From positions 1 through 64,000 of IMG/VR virus record IMGVR_UViG_3300032770_000002: a DNA stretch of 64,000 nucleotides. One strand, 5' to 3'. Under the pieces are notes generated by a model, which was not told where the DNA came from, ran no database searches, and was given only the letters and a program-made list of their open reading frames with translations. Shown piece by piece: positions 17,422-27,217 of this stretch. Every line of letters starts with the position of its first letter. Position 1 is the stretch's first letter. The position numbers were made by a program, and so were the translations under genes.

Positions 17422-18873
17422 ATGGTTATCCTGTCAATGGAAGGCCGCCCGGAATTGGTTTCAGACGGGGGCCAAGCATGTAACACGACCGAAATCTATG
17501 AGTGGGGTGCACACCTCGCCAGGACGCCGGTCGGTGTTGAAGAAGGCGACCCGAAAGGGTTGTGGAAGGCGAAAGGTTGGAAAGACCTGGTCGAGCACAT
17601 GGCGCCTGAAAAGCAGGCGTATGCGGCCGTCCTTCTCGAGAACGCGCGACGCAAGTTCGGGCGCCTCGACGAAGTGACCCGCACCCAGAACCTGGGCACG
17701 TTCGACAAGTGGATCTTCCCGATCATCGCGAACATGTCCGAAAACGACGTCATCGACCAGCTCGTCTCGGTTCAACCGATGGCCGGCCCAGTGTCGCAGA
17801 TCGTCTACATGGACATCGTGACTGACCGTCGGAAAGGTCGCATTCCTCAGGGTGCTCCAATGTGGCGCGCCACTCAGGGTGCTTCTGACCGTGACGGTGA
17901 CTCGGACGAACTGATTCAGGACGAGCCGGGCAACATGGCGTCGAACAAGATCACGTGCGACTGGACGCCACTGCGGCCTGGAACGATCGTCGTGACAGTC
18001 GGCTCTGACACCGTTCAGGACGATGGCAACGGTTTGCTTGGCGCGTCCGGGTCTATCGTCAGCGGCTCAGTCGATTACGCGACTGGCGTCATCACTGTGA
18101 CGGGGCCTGGAGCGTCTGACGCTTACACGGTGACCTACCAGTATAACTCGGAAGGCAACCAGAGCGTGATGGGTTACGAGATGAAGCTCACCTCGACCCC
18201 CGTGACCGCGAAGGTCATGAAGCTCAAGGCCGTCTGGTCCGAGGAAGCCGACCAAAACCTGCAGAGCATGTATAACATCGGCGCCGAGCCGACGATCGTG
18301 AACTCCATCACGAATGCGCTGCAATACCAAAAACACCGCCAGGTCATCTTCGACCTTCGCGCGCGAGCCGATGCTGGTTTCGTTGTCTGGGACGCTGTGC
18401 CTCCCTCGAACACGAACTACCAGACCCACAAGTTCAGCTTCAACGACGCTGTGCAGACGGCATCGATGTTCATCTTCGGCGCTACCAACCAGGCGACAGG
18501 CAATTGGCTCCTGCTTGGCTTGCAGCCGACGACGGTCGTTGTCACCCTGCCTCAGTTCGTTGCCCGTGCCAACCGCGTGGAAATGCAGGGCATCACCTAC
18601 ATCGGCGACTTGGCCGACAAGAAGGTGTTCGCCGACCCGCACTATCCGAATAACGAGTGGATGGTGGGATTCCGCGGGCGCCAGTTCGTCCAGACTGGCT
18701 TTGTCCTGGCCGAGTATCAAAAGCTCTACACTACGCCGGACATCATGCTCCCGGACTTCTTGCACCAGCGCGGTTTTGCGACCTCGTTTGCCAAGAAGAT
18801 GGTGAACAGCAAGATGTTCTGCCGCGGTATGGAGATCAACGCTCCGACCAACTTCACTGGCGCAATCGGCTAA
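17422..18873 (+). CDS. Major capsid protein (T4 gp23-like)
   Basis: LVSVQPMAGPVSQIVYM and VTAKVMKLKAVWSEEADQNL; follows the protease gene; AAGGA RBS; strong terminator downstream. Confidence 0.93.
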   Translation: MVILSMEGRPELVSDGGQACNTTEIYEWGAHLARTPVGVEEGDPKGLWKAKGWKDLVEHMAPEKQAYAAVLLENARRKFGRLDEVTRTQNLGTFDKWIFPIIANMSENDVIDQLVSVQPMAGPVSQIVYMDIVTDRRKGRIPQGAPMWRATQGASDRDGDSDELIQDEPGNMASNKITCDWTPLRPGTIVVTVGSDTVQDDGNGLLGASGSIVSGSVDYATGVITVTGPGASDAYTVTYQYNSEGNQSVMGYEMKLTSTPVTAKVMKLKAVWSEEADQNLQSMYNIGAEPTIVNSITNALQYQKHRQVIFDLRARADAGFVVWDAVPPSNTNYQTHKFSFNDAVQTASMFIFGATNQATGNWLLLGLQPTTVVVTLPQFVARANRVEMQGITYIGDLADKKVFADPHYPNNEWMVGFRGRQFVQTGFVLAEYQKLYTTPDIMLPDFLHQRGFATSFAKKMVNSKMFCRGMEINAPTNFTGAIG

Positions 18874-18906
18874 CCGAGTTCAGTCGTAGATCACGGTGCC
18901 ATATAT

Positions 18907-18936
18907 CCGGCCGGGCGAAAGCCCGGCCGGTTTTTT
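18907..18936 (+). terminator. Intrinsic terminator
   Basis: CCGGCCGGGC-GAAA-GCCCGGCCGG followed by T6. Confidence 0.92.
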
Positions 18937-18965
18937 GTTTACAAACGACGGATTCGTGGTATGTT
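18937..18965 (+). promoter_or_regulatory. Putative early promoter
   Basis: GTTTAC-N17-TATGTT with GTGG extended -10. Confidence 0.7.
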
Positions 18966-18974
18966 CTAATCCGT

Positions 18975-19253
18975 ATGACGCAAACTGAGATGGCAATTAG
19001 AACGGTCCTTGTCAACGAGGAGAAGGAACTACGCCAGCGGATGAATGAACTGGCCGAGAAATACGACTACCGCGGCATCACCTTTTCAAACGAAGATGAC
19101 GATGCGACAGTGGGTGAGTCACTTCAGCGTGGCCTCAATTCGAGGTGGTTAAACATCGTGCGTCTCATTTCGGTGGGCGACTTCTCAATTGGCTGGATCG
19201 CGAGAGAGCTTGACATGGACACCTTGGCCAAGGTTCACAGGGCGATGCCTTAA
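18975..19253 (+). CDS. Hypothetical early protein
   Basis: ATG 9 nt after the -10 box; the upstream part of track ORF 18657.. overlaps the capsid gene and is unlikely to be translated. Confidence 0.6.
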   Translation: MTQTEMAIRTVLVNEEKELRQRMNELAEKYDYRGITFSNEDDDATVGESLQRGLNSRWLNIVRLISVGDFSIGWIARELDMDTLAKVHRAMP

Positions 19254-19270
19254 GTTCTTACATGTGAACT

Positions 19271-19825
19271 ATGTCCTGGGACCGGGCAACGCGCCACATT
19301 CTTGACAACCACCTAAATGGCAAGCACAACAAGTTTATGCAACTGCCTGCTCCAATTCCATCGCCAGCTCCATTGCCGGCTCCATTACCAGAGTCTAGAG
19401 TGTCGCTCAAAAAACTTAAGCGGGTCGAGTCATTTTCTGAATTGACGTCTCGTCAATTTGACGTCGCCTTGCTAATCGTTCTCGGATTGACGAACAAGCA
19501 CATGTCGTTCTTGCTTGGAATTACGGTTAAGACGATTGAAAAACACCGCACGGACGTCTTTCAACTGCTTGGTTGTCACAACGTGTTTGAACTTCTGCGT
19601 GTGGCGCTCAAGAAGAATCTCCTGACTTTGGAAGAGTGGCTTGAGTGCCCGCACGAGATTGAGGCCTACTCAACCTACGCAAAACAGATTCTTTTAAAGA
19701 AACGTCATGGCAGAATTCAACCTGCGGAAGATAACGATCCGAAACTGGACGACAATTCAGGAAGCGGAGGTGGAATTCCCACCGAAGGGGCTGATCTTTC
19801 TTCTGGGAAACAACTTGGCATCTGA
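19271..19825 (+). CDS. Solo LuxR/NarL-type HTH transcription regulator
   Basis: LTSRQFDVALLIVLGLTNKHMSFLLGITVKTIEKHRTDVFQLLGCHNVFELLRVAL. Confidence 0.85.
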   Translation: MSWDRATRHILDNHLNGKHNKFMQLPAPIPSPAPLPAPLPESRVSLKKLKRVESFSELTSRQFDVALLIVLGLTNKHMSFLLGITVKTIEKHRTDVFQLLGCHNVFELLRVALKKNLLTLEEWLECPHEIEAYSTYAKQILLKKRHGRIQPAEDNDPKLDDNSGSGGGIPTEGADLSSGKQLGI

Positions 19826-21635
19826 AGGCCACCTCGACGGGTCTGGAGCGGGAAAAACGAATTTTGGAACGGCCATCTCACGGGCCGTTCTTGGGGTGCC
19901 GGACAAACTGGCTTCAAAACTCAGCAGGCACAAGCGAGGCAACACGTATGTCAGGGTGGCCGGCGATCTTCGTGGCGAGGACTTTGTCATCGAAACTGGC
20001 TACAAGTGCCAGGAATTGAGCAAAACTGGCGAAGGACTGCGCTTCCAGGTTGGCTCCGGTGAGCCGATCAGCCGTTCACACGTAAGCCTGACAAAAGAAG
20101 AGCTGACCCGGGTCATTGGAGTCGTTCCAGAGCTGGCCCGGTGGGTCACGTTCATCAACGGTGACAAACTCCAGTTTGATGAGCTTTCACAGCGTGACGC
20201 CGTCGAGCTCCTCATGGTCGCGCTTCGCCAGCCGCGGTGGTCGGCTGTCTCGAAGAGAAGCCGCAAAGTCTTGGACGTCATCAGCGAGGAGATGTCATTG
20301 AACGAGACTCGGGTTGCTGACACTCGAAGGGCGATTGCCGCGTGTGAAACGGCCATCGTCTCACTGAGCAGAAGCCGAGTCGACGCCCAAGTCGCTTACG
20401 ACAAGTCGCTCGCTGAACAGGTTGAAAGGTTAAAAAAGGAAAGTGACGACCTGCAAAAGCTGACGGAAGAGCTGGCCAAGATCGAGACGCGTCAAGCGGC
20501 CATCAGTAAGGAAATTGAACGCATCACCAAGGAAAAGGCCGAAAGCTACGCCGCGCTTGAAAACAAGCGCCTTGAGCTGGACGGGCAGTTGAAGATGGCC
20601 AGGGAGCCGATTCGAGGCCTCATTCAAGACTACACGCGAAAACAGGACTCCAAGGCCGCGGCGTGGAAATCGCTCCACAAGCCAGAGACGTGTCCGACGT
20701 GTGGACAACCGTGGACCTTGGACCATGAGCACAAGGCTCGACTAACCGAGTCCCTTGAACGCGCTCAGATGGAAGAGCTTGAGAGCAAGCAAAAGCTTGA
20801 GGCAGCTCAACTTCAGGTGTCGAAGCTTCAAGGTGAATTTGATGCTGTCTGTGAAAGCTTGAGCCAGCTTAACGTCAAAAATTCAACGGTCAAGCTGAGT
20901 GTCGAACACCGGAAACTTGGCGAGCAAGGTGACTCCATCACGAGGGACGTCCGCCAGATTGAGTTGACGATTGAGCGTCTTAGCCGTGGGCCGGACAAGA
21001 GTGGCATTGTCAAGGCGGAGACCGAACTTGCCGCAAAGGAGAACCAACTTCAGGAGTTAGGCTCAACCCTGGTAAAACTTGAAAAAGACCTCACGGACGG
21101 GCGCTCCTCGGTTGGAGTCATCAACTACTGGATCAACGCGTTCGACCCAAAGGGCATCATGAACATGCTCTTGCGTGAGGCGATTGGCCCGCTCAACGCC
21201 GTGACCAAGCGGGTCTCCCAGGTCATGGTTGGCGGCATGATCGAGGTGACATTCGACACGCGGCATGAACTTCAATCGGGTGAAGAGCGCGACGAGTTGG
21301 TCGTCAACGTAAAGGCTGTTGAGGGCGCCGACGAGTTGGACATGACGAGCAAGGGCGAGAGCAGCTTAGCCAACTTGATCATCAGTGAAGCCTTAGCTGA
21401 GATTAGCCAGGTTCATGGCTTGGTCAATTTTGTGTGGTTCGATGAAGTGACTAAGAATTTTCCAGCTCACGTGCGTTCAGTCTTCTACCAATATCTCAAG
21501 GACAAGGCCAACAGGCTTGACCAGCTCATCTTTATCGTTGACCACAGTGACGAGGTGATGAATTACGCTGACTATGTTCTCCTGGCAGAGAAGACTGTCA
21601 CGAAAGGGACCACGTTAAAATGGATCAACCGATAG
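19707..21635 (+). CDS. sbcC: SbcC/Rad50-like (T4 gp46) recombination ATPase
   Basis: GSGAGKT, CPTC zinc hook, SKGE signature, FVWFDEV Walker B, IVDH. Confidence 0.92.
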   Translation: MAEFNLRKITIRNWTTIQEAEVEFPPKGLIFLLGNNLASEGHLDGSGAGKTNFGTAISRAVLGVPDKLASKLSRHKRGNTYVRVAGDLRGEDFVIETGYKCQELSKTGEGLRFQVGSGEPISRSHVSLTKEELTRVIGVVPELARWVTFINGDKLQFDELSQRDAVELLMVALRQPRWSAVSKRSRKVLDVISEEMSLNETRVADTRRAIAACETAIVSLSRSRVDAQVAYDKSLAEQVERLKKESDDLQKLTEELAKIETRQAAISKEIERITKEKAESYAALENKRLELDGQLKMAREPIRGLIQDYTRKQDSKAAAWKSLHKPETCPTCGQPWTLDHEHKARLTESLERAQMEELESKQKLEAAQLQVSKLQGEFDAVCESLSQLNVKNSTVKLSVEHRKLGEQGDSITRDVRQIELTIERLSRGPDKSGIVKAETELAAKENQLQELGSTLVKLEKDLTDGRSSVGVINYWINAFDPKGIMNMLLREAIGPLNAVTKRVSQVMVGGMIEVTFDTRHELQSGEERDELVVNVKAVEGADELDMTSKGESSLANLIISEALAEISQVHGLVNFVWFDEVTKNFPAHVRSVFYQYLKDKANRLDQLIFIVDHSDEVMNYADYVLLAEKTVTKGTTLKWINR

Positions 21636-22039
21636 AGATTGAGAAGGAAGTTTCAATCGTGCCGTCCGTTCCAATCATGGGAACGATGACGACACTTGAA
21701 GCTATTTTTGGGAATTTCCAAGTTGGTTTTGAGGTTGGAAAGTTTCTCTACTATCGTGGCAGTTTGGCCCAAGTTTCAGGCATCACTGAAGCTGGGACCG
21801 TCGACCTCATTGGGTTTGGAATGGTGAAAGCTAGCGAGTGCAGCGTCCTGAAAAATTCCATCATGGACCACTTTCCAACGAGCATCGAGATACTTCCACC
21901 GCGTGACCGATGCTGGGTGTCACCTGAGGTCATCATCACTGACACTGAGCACAAGATTCGCTGTCCGAAGTGTTTCACCATCGCACGTGGAAAGACTTAC
22001 GCCGAGGCCTATGACAGGTGGTATGAACACTGCAAATGA
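21620..22039 (+). CDS. Hypothetical protein with C-terminal Zn-ribbon
   Basis: C...RCPKC...AEAYDRW (Lar-like pattern). Confidence 0.55.
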   Translation: MDQPIEIEKEVSIVPSVPIMGTMTTLEAIFGNFQVGFEVGKFLYYRGSLAQVSGITEAGTVDLIGFGMVKASECSVLKNSIMDHFPTSIEILPPRDRCWVSPEVIITDTEHKIRCPKCFTIARGKTYAEAYDRWYEHCK

Positions 22040-22368
22040 GCATGATTCGAGTCGGAAATAAGCGGGCAAATGCCAGTGACGAGTATAAGCCAGAGGCCGG
22101 CGAGGTCATCGTCAACATCGACCGCCCAAACGTCCTCGGAAACCCATACATTCCAAGCTCGTCAATGACACGCCAGCAGTGCATTGATCGCTTCCAGGAT
22201 GACTTGGACGCCGACTTTGCAGCCCGTGGACTGATGTTTGCTGAGTGCGCACGCATTGCTGGGTTGGTGCGTCAGGGTAAGGACGTGATCCTGATGTGTT
22301 GGTGTGTTCCAAAGCCTTGCCATGGCCACACGATTAAGGCCGCGATCGAAAGGTTGGTGAATGGCTGA
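22036..22368 (+). CDS. DUF4326-family protein
   Basis: IDRPNVLGNPY...LMCWCVPKPCHGHTI. Confidence 0.85.
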   Translation: MSMIRVGNKRANASDEYKPEAGEVIVNIDRPNVLGNPYIPSSSMTRQQCIDRFQDDLDADFAARGLMFAECARIAGLVRQGKDVILMCWCVPKPCHGHTIKAAIERLVNG

Positions 22369-22684
22369 GTTGAAGACAGCAGTTGAAGCGGCGATGGCGC
22401 GGTCTGAAAAGTCCCACCTAATCCCGCCAATGACTCACCCGCTGTCTCAATACTGGGAACAACCCAATCGCTTTGACATTGAGGTCGATGAGACCCACGC
22501 GTTGATGGGTCAAACGACTTTCAACCTGCTCCACGACTACTCAAACTCACAGCCAACCGGAGCATATGAGGGTAAAATGTGGCGGGCTTTTTACAGGCTG
22601 GACGGCTGGTGTCTCCTGTGGTTCGGGCCCAGCGACAAACCTGACATGGTTTCGGTGAACGCTAGAAAAATTCTAATCGCATGA
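22361..22684 (+). CDS. Conserved phage hypothetical protein
   Basis: [15 protein letters not shown]...[17 protein letters not shown]; overlapped in the operon. Confidence 0.65.
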   Translation: MAELKTAVEAAMARSEKSHLIPPMTHPLSQYWEQPNRFDIEVDETHALMGQTTFNLLHDYSNSQPTGAYEGKMWRAFYRLDGWCLLWFGPSDKPDMVSVNARKILIA

Positions 22685-23568
22685 AAGAATATCTCGACTT
22701 AATGCACCGCGTGCTTCAAGGGAAGCGACGAAAGGACAGGACTGGAGTAGGGACCGTCGGCGTGTTTGGTGAACAGATTAAGATCGACTTGCAGAAGGGG
22801 TTTCCACTCTTAACGACAAAGAAACTCCACACCAAAAGCATCGTTTACGAGCTGCTTTGGTTCCTCAAAGGGTTGACTAACAACGACTGGCTTAAGGAGC
22901 GTGGCGTCACGATTTGGAATGAGTGGGCCGACGAGCACGGTGACCTTGGTCCGGTCTATGGGGAGCAGTGGGTCAAGTGGCACGGCCTTAAAAAGGACTG
23001 GATAGAGGATGATAACTTGGGCCCGCGTGAACCCATCTACCGTGAGGTGGTCGTGAATCAAATCGACAACCTCATTCGAGACTTAAAGGACAACCCATTC
23101 AGTCGGCGGCACATTGTCAGCGCTTGGAATGTCTCGATGATTCCACAGATGAGGTTGCCACCGTGCCACACACTTTGGCAGTGCTACGTTGAAGAGCCAA
23201 ATCAAGGTGACGACCACATCATCAGTGACTTTGACCGAAATTCGTTGAGCCTTCACCTCTACGCGCGAAGCATCGACCTTTTTCTCGGCTTGCCATTCAA
23301 CATTGCGTCATACGCCCTGCTTACGCACATGCTCGCGGCCGTGACTGGTTTGGCCGTTGGCCGGTTGATCATCTCATTCGGCGATCTGCACATTTACCTC
23401 AACCACATCGACCAGTGTCGTGAGCAACTGAATCGTGAGCCGAGGCCGCTGCCAAGACTGGCTTGGGGAAGACCGGACATCACGAGCATCTACGACTTCC
23501 AGTTTGAGGACTTCGTCTTTTGTGGCTACGATCCACACCCGGCAATCAAGGCTCAAGTTGCCGTATGA
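22681..23568 (+). CDS. thyA: Thymidylate synthase (canonical, dUMP-specific)
   Basis: [45 protein letters not shown] (Asn specificity residue), GDLHIY. Confidence 0.97.
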   Translation: MKEYLDLMHRVLQGKRRKDRTGVGTVGVFGEQIKIDLQKGFPLLTTKKLHTKSIVYELLWFLKGLTNNDWLKERGVTIWNEWADEHGDLGPVYGEQWVKWHGLKKDWIEDDNLGPREPIYREVVVNQIDNLIRDLKDNPFSRRHIVSAWNVSMIPQMRLPPCHTLWQCYVEEPNQGDDHIISDFDRNSLSLHLYARSIDLFLGLPFNIASYALLTHMLAAVTGLAVGRLIISFGDLHIYLNHIDQCREQLNREPRPLPRLAWGRPDITSIYDFQFEDFVFCGYDPHPAIKAQVAV

Positions 23569-23711
23569 AGTGTCCTATTTGCAAGAAGAACCGTGTGACG
23601 GTCGGCCACATTCTTGGCCATGGTGGAAAAGGCGTGCCAAAGACTCTTACGGCTAAGGAGCGGTTGGCCCGTCGTCGACGGATGCTTCACGCGAGGAAGT
23701 TTCGGTGGTAG
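23565..23711 (+). CDS. Small basic protein
   Basis: ATGA-coupled to thyA; MKCPICKK...[13 protein letters not shown]. Confidence 0.45.
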   Translation: MKCPICKKNRVTVGHILGHGGKGVPKTLTAKERLARRRRMLHARKFRW

Positions 23712-23714
23712 CCG

Positions 23715-23930
23715 TCATCGCTTGATCGGATTGACCGCGGGTGGAGGTCGGTTCTGCCATCGCTCCTTAAGTTCCTTCGACAGCTCCTCAACCTCGACAG
23801 TCAAGCTGCCGATGACGTCAGCCGGGTCATCACGCTCCTCGATGACGGCCGTCATGTCAAGGCGGAAGTTTTCAAACTGGCCAAGGCTGACCGTCCGGCC
23901 GATGCTGACTTCAGAGATTTTCATGGTCAA
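23715..23930 (-). CDS. Conserved phage hypothetical protein
   Basis: MKISEVSIGRTVSLGQFENFRLD; last gene of a leftward operon. Confidence 0.6.
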   Translation of the reverse strand: MTMKISEVSIGRTVSLGQFENFRLDMTAVIEERDDPADVIGSLTVEVEELSKELKERWQNRPPPAVNPIKR

Positions 23931-24232
23931 AAGTGGTCGTCGACATACTCTTTCCAGGATGCCAGAACCTCCTTGGCGAGGCTCTTGTCAGAGATTGTTA
24001 ACAACTGAGACTCGTCGCGGCTTCCTTCGCTTGCGCGGACGGCTTCTTCGATGCACCACCAGCGTTCCTGGTCAGTCATTGGCCGCATGGGCCCGTTCAT
24101 TGCCTCATTGTCGGCCGCGTAGGCGCGAAGAACGCGCTCCTGGAGTCCACAAACGCAGCCGTGGATTTGCACCTGTGGGTCGTTAAGCTGCTGGCACTGG
24201 CAGCGAACTGACTGGATGAGGTCGACAAACAC
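23927..24232 (-). CDS. Hypothetical protein
   Basis: Probable GTG start at 24232 within track ORF 23927..24313. Confidence 0.5.
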   Translation of the reverse strand: MFVDLIQSVRCQCQQLNDPQVQIHGCVCGLQERVLRAYAADNEAMNGPMRPMTDQERWWCIEEAVRASEGSRDESQLLTISDKSLAKEVLASWKEYVDDHF

Positions 24233-24240
24233 CCCTCTGG

Positions 24241-24414
24241 TTACTTGCTGATCTTTACCCATAATTTCCATAGATAACTTGTGAAAATTGACAGCATGAT
24301 TGAGATGATGCATTGAACGACCAGGCTGAGGCGAAGGTCAAAGGCGTCTTCGATCGAGACCCAGGCCAAATAGGGCAGCAACCACACCGTGAGAAATGTG
24401 AAAAACGCGGTCAT
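24241..24414 (-). CDS. 57-aa two-TM microprotein
   Basis: Hand translation MTAFFTFLTVWLLPYLAWVSIEDAFDLRLSLVVQCIISIMLSIFTSYLWKLWVKISK; ATGA overlap with the upstream gene. Confidence 0.55.
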   Translation of the reverse strand: MTAFFTFLTVWLLPYLAWVSIEDAFDLRLSLVVQCIISIMLSIFTSYLWKLWVKISK

Positions 24415-24743
24415 GTTTCGTAGAAGTTTCTCACGAGCTTGCAGACTTCCTCATGCATTGACTCGGCCTGTTCGATGGATCCGATGCACCGATTTTGGAA
24501 CGCGCTGAGTCGTTCATCGCCAAAGACCATCGTCTCCCAAAGTGGGCCCGGCGTAAACGTGATGTTGATCGGAAGTATAACCGTGCTGACTTCAGCCCGA
24601 TTGATGCGGTCTTTTTTAAGGACCACTCGCTTGGCCCATTCACCCCTTGACGACGAGCTAAAAACCCTGCTGAGCTCCTCAACGTTTGTCGCGCAAGCAG
24701 GTTTTCGGTCGTCGTCGATATACCAATATTCGAGCTCTATCAC
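24411..24743 (-). CDS. Conserved phage hypothetical protein
   Basis: EVSTVILP...LWETMVFG...QAESMHEEV pattern. Confidence 0.6.
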   Translation of the reverse strand: MIELEYWYIDDDRKPACATNVEELSRVFSSSSRGEWAKRVVLKKDRINRAEVSTVILPINITFTPGPLWETMVFGDERLSAFQNRCIGSIEQAESMHEEVCKLVRNFYET

Positions 24744-25894
24744 TCTTCTCCTACGGATTCAACCGTGACACGGCCACCTCGCTTGAGAGCTTGGTTGCCG
24801 ATCAGGTTGTCATGTTTGGCTTGATTGACCTTAAGAATCTCGGTTCGGACGTGCGCGGTGGTCACTTTCCACCTGGAGCGTTCGATGCCGATGCACGCCG
24901 CGTCGATGGAGTTGAAGCATACGTTCTGGATGTCACCACCAGACAGGCCACTTGAAGCTTGCGCGGCCTCGATGAGGTCAACTTCAACTCGGCCATTCGC
25001 TGGCGGCAGGTGCAGTGAGAAAATGGCCTTGCGCATGTCAAGGTCCGGCAGGTCAAACTTGACGTAGCGGCTGACACGGCGCATGAACGCCTCGTCAAAA
25101 TGATTCAGCAGGTTCGTTGCCATCAGCACGGGCCCGTCATAGGCGTCAAGTGTTTGGATGAAGACATTCTTGTCGGCGTTAAGCCGTTGGGCCGTGGCTG
25201 ACGGCCAGAATGTCCTGGCGGCGCACAGTGAGTCGGCTTCATCGAGGAAGAGGATGGCGTTGTAGCGCTTGGCCCTGGCGAAAATGGCCTTTCGGCTTTC
25301 AGACCCTTGAACTTGGCCGTAGTCGACTTGGTAGAGGAGTTTGCCGAGTTTTTCGGCGATGGCGTGGATTGTGATGGTCTTGCCAGTTCCAGGCGGCCCG
25401 TAGAAACAGTAGACTGACCTGCGAACTGGGCAAATGGCTGTCAGGTTGAAGGCTTCGTCGATCTCCTTGCGCAACTTGATTGAGGCCACCGTCGCGTCGA
25501 CCTCTCCCTGGGCGCTGGGGTCTAGCACCACCCGCGAAAAGCTATTTTTTGGGCGCACAAGGTCACCAGGCCCGGCGTTGCAGTCCTGAAAAATTTCGGC
25601 GAGTTTCGATTCTGACTCAGAGCTGTTGGCCGCGGCGATGACGCTGTCAATGAGCGTCATGTCAACACACCCGTCATTGTCGTATGGGTAGGTTTCAAAT
25701 TCGACGATGAACCGGTCAATGATCAAGGCCTTGTCGTCAGGGATGGCTGTAAACCTTCGTCGGAAGTTCACAAGTGAAAGCTTGAACCGCGAGCCACCGT
25801 TTCCGACGGCTCGGTAGTGGACGGTGTCGTTGTCACGCTCAAGCACCTCGTAAGGCCTGTGCGAGTTGTTGTGGCTGTAATATCGATTTGGCAT
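24740..25894 (-). CDS. AAA+ ATPase
   Basis: FYGPPGTGKT, ILFLDEADSL, MATN...FDEAFMRR (SRH). Confidence 0.92.
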   Translation of the reverse strand: MPNRYYSHNNSHRPYEVLERDNDTVHYRAVGNGGSRFKLSLVNFRRRFTAIPDDKALIIDRFIVEFETYPYDNDGCVDMTLIDSVIAAANSSESESKLAEIFQDCNAGPGDLVRPKNSFSRVVLDPSAQGEVDATVASIKLRKEIDEAFNLTAICPVRRSVYCFYGPPGTGKTITIHAIAEKLGKLLYQVDYGQVQGSESRKAIFARAKRYNAILFLDEADSLCAARTFWPSATAQRLNADKNVFIQTLDAYDGPVLMATNLLNHFDEAFMRRVSRYVKFDLPDLDMRKAIFSLHLPPANGRVEVDLIEAAQASSGLSGGDIQNVCFNSIDAACIGIERSRWKVTTAHVRTEILKVNQAKHDNLIGNQALKRGGRVTVESVGEE

Positions 25895-25901
25895 AGGTTC
25901 C

Positions 25902-26201
25902 TTATGGCTTATTGGTGTCTATAAACTTGCGCAATTCAGCGTCTATCAGCGATAGACGGTTCAGGTCATTTTTGGTCTCTTCGACTCCTGGCTCGAGGAC
26001 CGTCATGATGCTGGCAAACAAGTGGTGGGCCCCGAAGAAGAACGCCTTGCGGCATTCTCGCCTTTGAACCTCACTCATTTTGTCCAATCCAGTTAGGATC
26101 TCGTAGGCGCGCCAGCCTCCTTCGACGACGAGGCCCTTGTCGTTCAGTTCCTTGGTTATCTGCTCAACGGCCTTCTTTACGTTCTCGTTCATACGTTCCA
26201 T
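25902..26201 (-). CDS. Hypothetical protein
   Basis: In-operon ORF overlapping the upstream stop. Confidence 0.6.
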   Translation of the reverse strand: MERMNENVKKAVEQITKELNDKGLVVEGGWRAYEILTGLDKMSEVQRRECRKAFFFGAHHLFASIMTVLEPGVEETKNDLNRLSLIDAELRKFIDTNKP

Positions 26202-27217
26202 GTTCCTGCGCAGATTTTCTCAAACGTCTCCTGGGTGAACGTCTCAGCGCTTTTAAACGTCACCCCAGAAGCCTTCACGCCGTCAACAAATCCGACACAC
26301 ATCCGGATCCACGCGCCGACCTTGCGCATGGCGACGGTCGACTCCATCATGCGAAATTCAACGACCTTTCGACTGAATGTCCTGGTCCAGTTCAGGCCGT
26401 GATAGCGGTCACTGTGGTTGCGCCACCCACCGCAGCCATCAAGGACGCGCTCGATGCTCTGTGACTCGATCATGTCCATGATGCGGTGGGTTGGGTTGCG
26501 TTCGCAGTAGTGGTTGTGCTGGCGGCTTTCGTTGCACTCAGCGTAGAAAAATTCTTGGGCCTTGAGGTAGGCAATGGCGAGCCGCTTCAGGTCCGCTGGA
26601 TTGTGGTCGCTGACGTCGATGGTGACGTGAAGCCCACACTTCGAGTTGACCGCGTTTGGACAGACCTCGCGAATTTTTTCGACGGCGAGCTTGGCGTCAA
26701 AGATGCCGGCTTCGCCTGAGAGGATCGGTGACGCAAACTCGTAACCGCAGGAGCCGTCGCGCTTGACGTCCCACTGCCGGCCATCGGAGTGAAAGTAGTC
26801 GCCCGTTCGAAGGTTGACTTTCAGGCCTCGTTCTTGCATCTTGCCGGCGATTTGAGCTGGGGCCAAGTTTGAGTGGGTTTCAACCTCAACCCCAAAGCGC
26901 CGGCCAACTGAGCTTGGGCGCTCTTCAATGACTTTGACGTTTGGCGTGTCTGTCACGGATCGGCCTGCTTCGGTTCCACTTGACCGGATGACCTGATATG
27001 GGTTGTCTTTGCGCTTGGTCTTTTCTTTAAACTTTTTGTCCCAAGCGGCCTGTCGCACGGCTGGGTCTTCTGACACGACAAGCACCTTCGTTTGGCCCTT
27101 GGCCCCGATGGCTCCCCATGTCGAGATGACCTGGTGTCCGTCATCGTCCAATTGGAAAAACTTGTTGCACTCGCCTCCATCTTGGAGGCCACGATTTTCA
27201 AGGTAGACGAATTTCAT
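26189..27217 (-). CDS. WGR domain fused to COOH-NH2 ligase (Amidoligase_2-type)
   Basis: N-terminal CNKFFQL...VISTWGAIGAKGQ (WGR); C-terminal RFGVEVET, KRDGS, EFASP, CGLHVT, VVEFR. Confidence 0.8.
   Translation of the reverse strand: MKFVYLENRGLQDGGECNKFFQLDDDGHQVISTWGAIGAKGQTKVLVVSEDPAVRQAAWDKKFKEKTKRKDNPYQVIRSSGTEAGRSVTDTPNVKVIEERPSSVGRRFGVEVETHSNLAPAQIAGKMQERGLKVNLRTGDYFHSDGRQWDVKRDGSCGYEFASPILSGEAGIFDAKLAVEKIREVCPNAVNSKCGLHVTIDVSDHNPADLKRLAIAYLKAQEFFYAECNESRQHNHYCERNPTHRIMDMIESQSIERVLDGCGGWRNHSDRYHGLNWTRTFSRKVVEFRMMESTVAMRKVGAWIRMCVGFVDGVKASGVTFKSAETFTQETFEKICAGTWNV

Noticed and set aside
18657-18974. 5' extensions of track ORFs 18657.., 48827.., 45998.., 43378.. and 37550..
   Set aside because: They overlap established genes or terminators; better starts exist at 18975, 49094, 45851, 43258 and 37472.
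22681-23568. ThyA as a base-modifying enzyme
   Set aside because: It has canonical dUMP-specific motifs (PCH, RSxD, PFNIASY); the modifying candidate is the homolog at 47539.
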